From the human T2T-CHM13v2.0 reference genome, Homo sapiens: DNA of 64,000 nt. Below are positions 15,985-28,632 of this stretch, piece by piece. Made by a program: the position numbers and the translations under genes. Within the stretch, counting starts at the first letter, position 1, and every line of letters starts with the position of its first letter. The notes below the pieces were generated by a model. It had not been told where the DNA came from and did not search any database. It was given only the letters and a program-made list of their open reading frames with translations. The stretch lies in the NCBI RefSeq assembly GCF_009914755.1, contig NC_060925.1, one strand, 5' to 3'.

Positions 15985-16719
15985 CTTAATAAAAAAGAAT
16001 AATTTTATTAGTTTTTTTCATTATTTCCATATATCATGTTGAATATTGATATTACAGCAGTCAAAATAACTGTGAAGTGTTTCCCTTGATATCTTGAATC
16101 TCAGTAGAAAGTGATTTAACCCTGCCTTTGCAGACAGACCTGAGTGATAGAGCCTGAATATATCTGGTCAGGCCTCAAACAGCTATATCTACATAACCTA
16201 GAAAAATAATTGTTGGAGGCAGAGTATTGTTAATGTCCTATAATTGACTTAGAAGGTTAAGTGACCTCTTAAAAGAATGTGAACTTATGAATTAAGCAGT
16301 TCTTTTACTCTCATGGGGCAGTTTATTCGCCAAGAAGAAGTAACTGTTAATGAGCTCCCTAGCTAGCAAAAGCTAGATGTAAAGTATGTACAACTTCAGA
16401 ATGCCTAGTACTTCATACAGTAACAACAAAAGTTAGGTGTTGAGTTCATTCAGATCTTAATGGATCAAAAGAGAATAAGGGAAGCTTGTTTTAAAAGCTG
16501 AATAGCAACAAAATTATTTTGGAGTTTTGTATTCATGATAATTATTATAAATATAAAATTTTTAATGCCTTTAAAGTTTTCACACAAAACATGGAAAATT
16601 TTGAACTTTTTAAAGTGGAAATTCATTATTTCTTCTCTACCACAATTTCCCTTGGAATTTGAAGGTACTCAAATCCCATGTTAAAATATTATTAGAATAG
16701 AAATTGTCATTCAAGGACG

Positions 16720-16945
16720 GAATTGGTTTTAATTTAGTAAATAGAAATTTAGCACCCACAATGAGTTAAATTCTGTGCTATGCACTAGGGACACAACGAT
16801 AAAGAAACTGTGGTTTTGTTTGATGAGGTTTTTTTTCCTCCCATCAAAGAGCTTCCTGTCAAGTGAAAGATTCAATAACTCAGTAGAGTCAATGCCAAGA
16901 AGTAAATGCTGTGTTGTGGTTATACCAAGGAAATTATGGAAGACA
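16720..16945 (-). mobile_element. L2 fragment
   Basis: tttagcacccac...ctgtgctatgcactaggg...cccatcaaagagcttcctgtc matches the antisense L2 3' end. Confidence 0.6.
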
Positions 16946-17277
16946 GGCCCACTTCTTTTCCTCTACACAGATTGGATCAGCATGAGTGATATCACTCTTA
17001 GTTGCTTTTGTTTTAATGTGGACCTTTGGGCTGGGAGTTATAGTCTAACGAGGACTAACTTTTCACTACTCAAGTACAGAGCATATACTTAGCCATGGGT
17101 TGGACTGTCATTTCTTCCTGGAGTTCCTAATCATATAAATTACAAAGACAAAGTTTTTTTTTAAAGCCTAATAAATCAAAGAAAGGAGCATGGTTGGCTG
17201 AGTCAAAGGTTTGGCAACAGCAACCACTATGAGTAGGAAACTGAATAAAAATATTAAATAGCCATCTGCTAAAAAAT

Positions 17278-17347
17278 AATAAAAATATATTTGTTTCATG
17301 CTTAATATGTTTAATAAAAATATATTTGTTTCATGCTTAATATGTTT
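17278..17347. repeat. Perfect 35-bp tandem duplication
   Basis: aataaaaatatatttgtttcatgcttaatatgttt x2. Confidence 0.95.
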
Positions 17348-17654
17348 AAAAACAAGGTCATGAATTAGATATCGTGTTCAAATCCAGAACTGTGGAAGGA
17401 ATACAAGAGTTGGATGCAGAATTGCTAGCTGTTCTTTTTTTTTTTACTTTTCTATATTTCCTGTAAGAGGTACATTGAAGAGCATCACACTGCTTGATGG
17501 CATCCTCTAGGACTAGATGACTGGTCTACTGAGGCTGAGGCATCAGATAGCAGAGAATCAGAAGCATTACTATGACTCTTCTCAATGTCTGATTTCTGAA
17601 CCTTCCACTGCTCTAATATAGTTTATATATTTCCAATGTAGTTCTATATAGTTC

Positions 17655-17822
17655 AGTGTTACTTAAAGTATAATCTTGCAGCCTCATGAGAGACCTTGTT
17701 AGAAATACAAATAATCAAGTCTCACCCCAGACTTAATCAGAATCTTTCCTATATGGGCCCTGCAACTTGTATTTTAAAAAGCCCCCAAGGTGATTCTGAT
17801 CCTTAAATTTGAGAAGCATGAC
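17655..17822. mobile_element. MER5A-like
   Basis: cttgttagaaatacaaat...ctcaccccagac...gtattttaaaaagcccccaaggtgattctgat...tttgagaagca. Confidence 0.75.
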
Positions 17823-17838
17823 TATCAAAGGGTATATG

Positions 17839-18064
17839 ATCCTAAGAATTTATTTGGTAAGAGCTGAATTTGGTAAGAGCAACAGATTTGGGTAAGAGCA
17901 ATACTTAAATGCTCCAAAACCATTTCTTATGGTGACCTTTTTCTCTCAGGCTAGTGTATACACAAGCACAAGTATTTATTTGGAAGGAATAGGAGCTACA
18001 AGAAGTGGTTTTGGAGCACTTTAGTGTTGCTCTTACCCAAATCTGACCCAATTCAGCTCAGGAT
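17839..18064. mobile_element. Palindromic MITE-like element with long terminal inverted repeats
   Basis: 17883-17928 matches the reverse complement of 18000-18045 at 42/46 positions. Outer arms gagctgaatt and aattcagctc also pair. Confidence 0.65.
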
Positions 18065-18514
18065 ATTACTATATAAAGCCTATTAAAATAGTGATAGTTT
18101 ATTTCAAATATAGGAAATTATATAGAGTCTTTTGACATAATGGGATAGCCAGATGAGTAATAGAATTGGAATAATTTGTCCAAAAAAAGTAAAAAGTAAA
18201 AAGAAATTTAGGAAATAGAGAAATTGATGATTAATTGTGGAAAGCAAGAACTTTCACAAATGGCAGAATAAATTCTTAGAACCGTATACCCTAAATACTT
18301 TTTTGGAACGAACAGAGGATATAACATTATTCATATATATAAACACGCACCTTTAGAAGCAAATGAACATTACCAAGAAGATAAAGCACCAATAAATGCT
18401 CAAACTTCTGTATACTTCCTTTAGGAATCAGGAACATAGAAGATATAAATGACACCAAGCAAGAAAACAAAGCCCAATGATAATCTAGTTAGACAAGGCA
18501 AATCTATGCATACT

Positions 18515-18655
18515 TTTCATTCATTTAGGAAAGATCCAGCTGTCTCTTACTATGCACCCAGCACCATGCTAATTTAGAGAGAGAAAGCAGTGAAGCAAAC
18601 AGGAACAATTCTTTCTCTCTTCAATTTTAGAGCCTTGTCACTGAGGCAGACATTG
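18515..18655 (-). mobile_element. L2 fragment
   Basis: cattcattt...cttactatgcacccagcaccatgcta...agcagtgaagcaaac. Confidence 0.55.
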
Positions 18656-18734
18656 TAACAAAACAAAATAAAACCAACCCCCCTCCTCCCTATACCTCCA
18701 AAGTACACACTAGGTTATAGGCTGACGGCAGGGG

Positions 18735-18925
18735 GACCAGGGTTTGTATTTTTGCTCTATCATTGACTAGCTCTTTAACCTTGGACAAATCACATCTTTA
18801 AGCTTCAGTGTCTATAATGAAAGGTTAATAATAGACCTCAGTATTCGAGTTATTGTGAAGATTAAATGATTCATGATAAATTGCTGACTCATTGACTAGC
18901 ACATAGTAAGTATTTAATGTTAATA
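18735..18925 (+). mobile_element. MIR
   Basis: gactagctctttaaccttggacaaatcac...gcttcagtgtctataatg...gcacatagtaagtatttaat. Confidence 0.75.
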
Positions 18926-20322
18926 TTTTACTGTATAAGTAGATATGCTGTGTTAATTGAAAGAAAAACACAAGGTGTTTTGAGAATATATAACCAAGGA
19001 ATCTAATTAAGATTCCATACAAATAGTGCAATCTTATACTAAACTAAAACTACCCAGTTTTCTGTATACTTATGCTTTCTGTAAACTATATGGAGTTGAG
19101 GCTTCCAGGGACTCTATGTGAGACTGCCAGCTTTGGTTTTTCTAATCTGACATTAGTAAGGTAACACTGAACGATTTACCCTAGTTCTGAAGCAGAATCG
19201 TAACATAAAGGACTGCCAGTATGTCCCCTGGTCTTGTTGGCTGGAAATGTTATTTTCATACAACCATTTTCATTTTTAGTCGAGCAGCATTGAAACTTTC
19301 CAGATTCCTTGCTGTTTGGCAAATGTTTTAATTGGTTATATTTTGCTACCCTGGGCACACTATTAGACAAAATTGCAACAAAAGACATCAATAAAAAGCA
19401 GAAAGCTTCAGATTGTTAAAATCGTGAATGTTATTAATACTATTAAAATGCTAATTGCTGTTTAGAGGAGATTCAGTTGCAATTCTAAAGGAGGAAATGC
19501 TTAGGCTGCAGGATCTGAGGCATGGATTGTTTGTTCCCTAAAGGGGAGAAAATTCACTTTTGTTTAATTTATAGGAACAAGAAGGCATTCCAAGGAGGTA
19601 CACTGAAGTGACTGTAGACCTCCTAGGGTCAGAGCCACCTTCAGCTTCACCCCCACCCTAGGTGGTCCTTAATTGCCACTACAGACTGCCTGGCTGGAAC
19701 TTATTGTTTGCACTGCACATGACCTTGGATGAAAACTAGAGCGCTATGAATTAATCCCTGTAATATTTTGTGTTTAACATCTGTGTTGTCACCAGCTATT
19801 ATTCAGAGGACAAGAAAAAAAAATAGCCAGATCTATCTCCTATTACATTTTTTTTTAAGTCTACACTATTGTTTCCCAAGGACTCCCTAAATGGATCACC
19901 TATAAATGAGTGAATCCATTCATTTTCTTTATTTTCTGAAACAAAAGTCTACAGAATTTAGGGGATAATACCAAAACCAAATAAGACTATTTTTTCAATA
20001 ATAGGAATCCCCCAGATATCTGTTTCCTCTATCTATATTGCTATCATCTGTCTTTTCTTTTCCAGTATCTGTTTTAAAATAGGGGAGGATTCCAAAGCAC
20101 ATATATCAAAATAAAATGATTTCATGTATCAGTTACGGCTTTATTCATTGATGAAATGTAGTCACCACAGGGAGAAATGTAGCAACAACTTAGCATCCAG
20201 AAATAATACAGAACACTGTGCTGCATTAAATGAAAAATACCTGCAAGAGGAAGTGAGTTAATAAAAATTCAATTACTCAAATGGGAACTTTTCCAAGACC
20301 CCAGGGTTAACACCTAGATTAA

Positions 20323-20389
20323 ACTCTCACTCTCACTCTCTCTCTCTCTACACACACACACACACACACACACATGCACACACACACAC
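20323..20389. repeat. (CT)n(CA)n compound microsatellite
   Basis: Direct reading. Confidence 0.9.
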
Positions 20390-21989
20390 CTGGCTTTATT
20401 AGTTGTCAGAAGTGTTTAAAATACTCCTTTTCCTTTTATATAAATACAAGAGATACATTTATGGCTAAAATAGTTTTTATATCATCAAGCTGAGAACTAG
20501 TTTTACATAGGAAGCTAACAATAACAACAATAATAATCACAAGGATTAGAAAGAAAATGACAAAGTGTGTTGGACACGACACAGAACATTTGAAGGCAGA
20601 CCCCAACACTAGGCTGTAAAATTAAGTAATGAACAGTCACTGTAGAGGGCAGAGTGACTCACAGAAGAGTCAGATCTTTGGTCTTTGATTTCATAGCTCC
20701 TTCTTAGATCTTCTCTTAGAGGTTATGGAAAGGAATGATCATCTTGTGAGGCTATTTAGGGAATCTGAACATAAAAGAAAATAGAGTTACAGATGGGTGT
20801 TAAGAGACCATTTTACTCTACTTCAATAATGTGAAAAACAGAGTAATTAGCATGGAGAAAAAAATAAGTAAATATGAGCCTAGAATACATCCTATACAGA
20901 ACTTGAAATATTTTTATAGCCCTAATGTGTACTGAACTTATGTGGAGAGAATAATTTCAGAATGATATATTTAGTTGGGGAGCCACACAAACTGGGCTCT
21001 CTTAGATGCTAACTGATTATGGGAAGCAAGAAGTGAGCAGCATGGAAAAGAAATGGTAAGAATTTAGTTGGAGGAGGAAGACATCTGGAGGTTCGGCCCC
21101 AGTTAAAAATTCATAGGCAAATCCTGCTGGAAAGGGAGTTAGCAGTTTAATGAATAAGTTATTATCTAAACCCCAGGAGGTTAAATGTTAACAGAAAGGA
21201 CTTCAACAATGATGTCTTAAGTGCTCCTAACTAGACACATAATGTTTAGTGTGCTGCCATTTTTTCTGAGTGTTAGTTTTAAATAGACTATTGACAAATT
21301 ACAGATTTTTTTCACGTATTGAAATTATATTCCAGATGATTTTGAGATTTACTGGTATAATATTCTCCTCATGAGGTAGGATGGAAGGGAAGAAATAGAG
21401 AAAAAATGTTCTGCTCTGAAATAAATGTGGTGTTTCCTGACAGCGTTTGTCAAGGTAAGGTGTTGTCTTTAAAATGGGACATCTAGTTTCAATTTACATT
21501 ATGCTTATTTCTAAGACTTCTATTTTTTGAGTTTTATGAGTAGATTCTGCTTTTCTCTATCATTTATTCAGATTATGACCACATGTGGCACTTTCTTGTA
21601 TGGAGTGGTGAAAGTGGGGAAGGAAGAGAAAAGATATTTTACAGTAATGTCATATAGTAATCCTGTTAAGATTGGAGTTTATGAAAAAAAACACGAGATA
21701 AAACATTATTGTGATATTTCTTATATCAAAGTAGAATTTTCTTTCCCTCAATTATTTTTATGTTTTAAAAATGTTTTTCCCTCTTTTTGTCAAAGGCAGC
21801 CTCAATAATAGTTATCATATCTCAGTGTTTATGTTCTTAAGGCTTTCAATATTATTAATCAATCTTTCTATTTTTTTAGTAGATCACAAGTTTTAAAGAG
21901 TGTATTTTAATATAATACTCCTATTATAGGCCTATAAAATATTTAATTAAGAGAATATAATTTTCTTACTACGTTTCTGTGATTATTCA

Positions 21990-22430
21990 TACCCCGCTCC
22001 CTCTTCCCAGAACACTTACTTGCTCCATTAGATTCTTACACAGGACCCTTTCTTTTTCCTATCGTAATTCCCAGCATAATGTGTTATCTCGCAGCCACTT
22101 TTTCAAAGTATATTTCCTTAGACTTAATTAGATTAAGAAAAGAGCAGTAACTAAGGCTTCTACCTCTTAATGAAAGCTTCCTTAGCTTTACAAATACCAG
22201 GCCAGATCTCTGAAGTTACTGTTTGAAAAGGCCCGATTCTAAAGCACTTTTATCCACATTTGACTCTCTTGAGGCATTTGTTTTTTCCACTTCAACTCAC
22301 TTAATTGCACATGTCCCCAGTCAGACTGCCTAAAGAGAATGACTGTGTCTATCTTGGTCAGTTTTTACCCCAGCACTTAACACAGAGTCTCAAATAATGC
22401 AGGCAAACAACAAATATTTGTTATATTAAT
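21990..22430 (+). mobile_element. L2 3' fragments
   Basis: Ends gactgtgtctatcttggtca...cccagcacttaacacag...aaatatttgtt. Confidence 0.55.
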
Positions 22431-22509
22431 TCAGATTCTATATAACGTAGAAAGCAGAATCAATCATCAACGTAATAGATTCTGCTTAATTATAAAGAAA
22501 TAATTTAAA

Positions 22510-22720
22510 ATAACAATAATAATGATGATGATAGTTAACATTTATCAAATCTTCCCTAAGTGCCTCAGACTTTTCTAACCATTTTGTACAGATTAAGTAT
22601 CACAAGTCCAAGAGGTAAATGCTATTTTAAACTTTACTTTATAGAGGAGAAAACTGATCACAGCAAGTTTGAGGACATAGTCTTTAGTCAAACACCCAGT
22701 AAGGGGTAGAGGTGATACTG
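22510..22720 (-). mobile_element. MIR
   Basis: atagttaacatttat...tttatagaggagaaaactga...cacccagtaagggg. Confidence 0.6.
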
Positions 22721-24159
22721 ACACTGTGTTAACACTTTTAAGCCTCTGACATTTTATTTGTAAAGCAGCTGCTTAATATATCTAAATAACTAAACCTCCC
22801 TTGCATTCCTTTTACTACCTATCATGCAGTTACTAATTCAATAAGATCTTTATTATGCCTTAATATTCTATATTTCTCTTCCTAATTTTCTTTTAGAGAA
22901 GTGAACTGTATACAAATGAACTATCCTAATCATTTTCAAGTTATTATGCATGCCCCTACTCATTTGTTAGAAAACTCTTTTCTCTTAATTATCTTTTTTC
23001 ACAATAAATTGATTAAAGCTCATATTATACATATTAGTTTCTTAATTTCTTCCTGCTAAGATTAACCCATGATTATTTGAGAAACCTTCAGATTTGTCCT
23101 TGCAAACTTGAACTGCCTCTGGTTAATTGGTTCCTTCTACAGTTCTTCCTTTCTACCACTGACTTGCAGTTACCTCCAGTTATTGAGCAGCTACTTACAA
23201 AGTTATTTGATATTTGAATCCCTCTTTTCTAGAAGACATGCAATCTGTTACGCTTTAATTAGCAGGATTATCCTAGGCTATACCTGTCTTCTTCACTAAC
23301 AGAATTTCTACCTCATATTACTTCTGATTATCAACAACTGGCTTTCTTAGCATCTAACACACTGGAAATTCTGTGTGCTTGATCCCATTTTTAACAGTGC
23401 CAAATTTAAATCAAATGTGGTTCATGTGGCAAGGATATTTATTTTTTCTATTTTTTAATTAGTTTTATGCTTTCAGTAACTAGTAGATCAAGATGCATTT
23501 CATACCCCTTAGAAACCTGTAGTTTCTGTATGGTAGAAGATTTAAATAACATTGTTATTTAGGGAGATGTGTTTTTGTTTTCTGACTGATTTTTTCTCCT
23601 CCAAATCATAAAGGCTTTGTAAATCACTCTCAACATTTTATGAAAGTGACTTGCAAAATAAGATACTTAAATGTAAAATCTTAGTTGTCAGCCATCAGTA
23701 AAATAGGCTGTATTGGCTGGGGTCACTCAGTTGCACAGTGTCATCTGGAAGTGAAGAATCCTTGGAAAGTTTTCTCTACTATCACCAAAAATTTTGGAAA
23801 TCCATATACACATTCCTGATATTGATACAGATGGTCTTCCCAATAGTAAGGTATTTTACTTGAGACATTGAAGATTTATCTTGTTCTTTATAACAGTATA
23901 GATTGCTTAATTCAGCCAAGATATTTCAAAAGTTGGAAATTATATTTCCTCTATACCTGACCCAACAATATATTTGTAATTTTGAGTGACATTTTGTTTC
24001 TTACACATGAACTGACAATGCATCTTCTGATCAGTAAAGAATGCTAAATTGTGTTAACCAAATGCCCTACATGTTAAATCTATTTCTAATTTTCAAAACA
24101 ATTTACAGTGTCTACTACTTTTAATTCTAAATATGTAAAATGCTCTAAAAATGTACGTT

Positions 24160-24600
24160 AAACACTCATCACTGCTTCTAAAACCTGCCTCCATTGATAG
24201 CAACCTGATCCATTTCACTATCATTGTTTTCCCATATTACTAGTATGATAACTAGTTGCCTTATTATACCCATGATGTATTCCCTGCAGTCTGTTCTCAA
24301 CATAGAAGTCAAGTGAGTTCATCCCTTCTTTGCTCAAAACCCTAAGGGCTTCCTATCTGAGTAAAAGAGACAAATTCCTTTTGATGACAAGATTATTTTT
24401 AATCTATTCTTCCATAACTTCTTTGACTTCACCTTCTTCTAATTTCCTACTTACTCTTCTCCAGTGCCATTGGCTTACCTGTGCTATTTTTTTTATTCCT
24501 TTTCTTTTCTTTTTCTTCTTCCTCTTTTTTCTTTAATAAAAATAAATACAGACAAAATTATTTTCCCTTGTTTTTATTTCTGTCTAGAATGTTGCTCCCC
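24160..24600 (+). mobile_element. L2 fragment
   Basis: cccttctttgctcaaaaccctaagggcttcctatctgagtaaaa. Confidence 0.55.
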
Positions 24601-24881
24601 TCAGGGGGCTCACTTCCTCTCCCACGATAAGAGAGAAAAACAGGAAGGGTAACTTGGAAATAAGTTAGTTTTAGAAGCTGTGAACATCTAATTTTTAATA
24701 ATCTAGGATTGAATTACGATAGATATTTCTTAATACACAGGATTATTTTCAATATCAGTCAACATGAACATTTGAAAATAAATGCTTGATGTGATGTATA
24801 ATACAGACCATCCTGCTTAATATGCACACTAATCCCCTTCTAGTATGTTTTCTTCTGCTGAAAAGACTGGAAAGATTTTTT

Positions 24882-25466
<585 letters not shown>

Positions 25467-26989
25467 AAGATTTTTTTTTTAATGCAATGTATAGTTTCCC
25501 TTATAATTATGGTTTTGGAAGTAAGACTTCGATTTAGAGCTTCATGGAATGAGAGGCAGGACAGAAAGTGTCCATTTTTGCTGCTGGAGAGTGTAATATT
25601 GGTGTGCAGTTCTGGACTAGCAAATATAGTTGAAATGTCCCAATTCTATAGTTAGCCTTCTGATTCCACATCTTGCCTAATCATGGTTGGCTGAGGCAGC
25701 AGTCTCCTTGATGGTCAAGTTCTAAAGTGTGCCTTTGTGACTAATTGCCTGTGATAAGTCCCTTTGTCTTTAAAGTAGAACAGATTTTGTTCTCTGTGAC
25801 ACTGCGGACTGAAACAGTTGGTGTGTTTTTTAAATTTTTTTTCTTAAAGTGCAGAAGATTGCATTATCTGTTAAAATATGCCTTAATCTTTGTGATCTGA
25901 ACATGATACAGAACTTTGGGAATATGCCAGCATACAAAAACATTTTTGTTTAATCATGACATTTAAACTAACCCTCTACCAAGATAAAAGGAGAAAGTGA
26001 TGTACTAGTAGAGCAGAAATCCACTAGATTGGTTCAAGTTTATATAGCATAAAGGAGTACTACCTTTTGTAACCTCTTTGATTTTTTTCTGCTTTTGAAG
26101 AAGGAAAGGTCGAAAATAAAGCACTGATGGAAATACATGATAAATAAGGTAGGTCTCATGGCTACACATCATGAAAAACTAAGCACAACATTAGAAAGAG
26201 GAAAATGTGTCAAATATATTCAGTTAACTATACTATGTTAAGATTAAGATATACTACTGTGCTGGAAACACAAAACATCAAGTATTTCACAATATGATAA
26301 AATCTTTCATCCCTGCTAGTGACTCAAATAAGTATGTGTTCCTTGCCATTTACAGAAAGGGCATGTCTTATTATTTCTCAATATTATGAGTATGTCAAAT
26401 GCATCTTCACATATATGTTAATAAAATCTTGAGCAGGTCATCCTTTGGACAGTGATTCTATGTATTTTCACAATGGATATGCAAATGTAGTTATACATAC
26501 ATATATATGAACAATAAATACATATAAACAAATCATCATTTCATTATCATCATCATCATCATATCTTAGGTGTTTAATGGGCACCTATTTGCTTTGAAGT
26601 TCATTATGTAATGGAATTCAGGTAAAAAAGCAAATGGCTTCTCATTGTAAGCAGCTTGAAGTATATTTAAGAAAAGAAAACATAACATTTTTATTTTATG
26701 GTTTACTGGCTTACTCTCTACTACTCACCATCAGAAGTAACAGAACATAATTTAGCATCCTGGAAATTATATCTAAAAAAGATATTGCAGTAATCTATGG
26801 TGGGTATATATGATTTAGCAGAATCACCTGAGACTAAGACATGTGGATTTAATATAAAGTAAGATAAACTTGATATGATCATCAACAATGTAATGAAGTT
26901 TGAGGCTGAAATGCCAGAATTATAATATTTAAAACAAAAGATAATCATTTTATTGTAGTTAAATAATACATTTAGTTCTAAATATAAGA

Positions 26990-27038
26990 CACACACATAC
27001 ACACACAGACAGATAGATGGATGGATGGATGGATAGAC

Positions 27039-27072
<34 letters not shown>

Positions 27073-27090
27073 GTAGATAGATAGATAGAT
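26990..27090. repeat. (CA)n/(GATG)n/(GATA)n compound STR
   Basis: Direct reading. Confidence 0.95.
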
Positions 27091-28274
27091 ATTCTCCTGG
27101 AATATTTTTAGGCAAGAAAAATAAGTATAACTAAAATACCTGAAACTCTGAAAGCTTGCTTTGCCCAGAAAAAGGAAGACGATGGTAGAAAGGATCAGGA
27201 AATAGTTGCCAGGTATGAAAGCAATTTGACATATTTAGTCTCAATTAAAAACAAATAACTTTCTCTTAGAGATGTCAAGAAGTAAAATATACTTAATCAA
27301 AGGATACCAAGCTATCTGTCAGAGGAGCTGTTCAAGCAAAATTTATTTGACAAGTGGGTTGAAATGATTCAAAGGAAAGCCCGACCTCTGAAATCTATCG
27401 GACCAAACTTTAATTTCCCTTTCAACATCAAAATACTATGCTTTTGAAACACACATTAAAATAAGCATACAAGTCAATAAATGCCAGTCACAGATAATTT
27501 GTAAGTGCTAAGAGAGTTTAGAGATGGTAGAGAAAATAACTTCTATGGTGGAAAAAAAGCCTCAAAAAAGTAATGGGATTTTAATTGGACCTTTAGGGGA
27601 AAAAAAGGAGTACATGTTGCAAACATTCCAATAAAGGGAAGACATCTGATCAAAGATAAGAAAAACCCAAATATGTGTAGAATTTTCAGGGGAAAAAAAT
27701 GATAAAATATTCCATTTGTATAGTTTATACCAATTTTCAAAATTCAAAACAAACATTACACATTTTATTCTCATAGTGTCCCTGTAAGGAGATAATGTTA
27801 CCTACACTGCAAAAAGAAATGAAAACTTAGGCTGGTCACAGTAAAACTGCAACTAGGACCTGTACTTTCTAACTTGCTTACAAGTGTTCATTCATTCTAC
27901 TCTATCTTAAATGACATTCCATGGAGCAGAGTGTAATCTTCTTTTCATAGTAGATGTATATATGAGTCACATCTTGGAACTCGCAAAGAAGTTCTAAATT
28001 TTGAGCACTGTGTAATACATATTTATTGTCCCACAATTGAATATGTGTTTGCATGGGAAATATGTTTCTTTGAAGGTATTCTTTGAATCCAGTTATTTCA
28101 AAGACAAATAAATTATATGCCATTATGGCTTCCTTCATGTTGCATGTACAGCTATTATAAAATCCTCTTGTGTTAAAGTTAAAGCAATTCATATAGTAGT
28201 AGTTATTGTTGAACTTTTAAGATGCTATGCTTATTTTTGCTATGTGGAGGGAGAAAGTCCAAGCCTTCTATTTA

Positions 28275-28632
28275 TGTTCCATCTCCCTGGAGCACCCATC
28301 CCCTTGTTCTTTTTGCCTGAATAACTATTATTCATCAAATCTTAGTTTAAATGTTACTTCTTCAGGGGAGTCTTTCTGAGCCCCTCTTAGAGATCTAGTA
28401 AGTTTCCCTTTTGTATGTTTTACAGCACTCTGTATTTCCCATTTGTAACATAAATCATAATTGTAACTAAATATTTTGCAGAGTTATGATTTGTTTAATA
28501 TCCAATGTCCTGAAAGACTGAGTTCTAAGAGAGCAGGGACTTCTTTCCTCTACATCCCCAGCAACAAACACAACAACGTGCACCTGTAGACACCTAACTA
28601 TTTTTGAAGCAAATGAACAAATGAATGAGTGC
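28275..28632 (+). mobile_element. L2 3' end
   Basis: aaatgttacttcttcaggggagtctttctga...agactgagttctaagagagcagggac...aaatgaacaaatgaatgag. Confidence 0.75.

Noticed and set aside
19176-19245. Possible 61-nt minus-strand exon (ttccag...AGG|gtaaat)
   Set aside because: Weak pyrimidine tract and donor, and no recognisable peptide.
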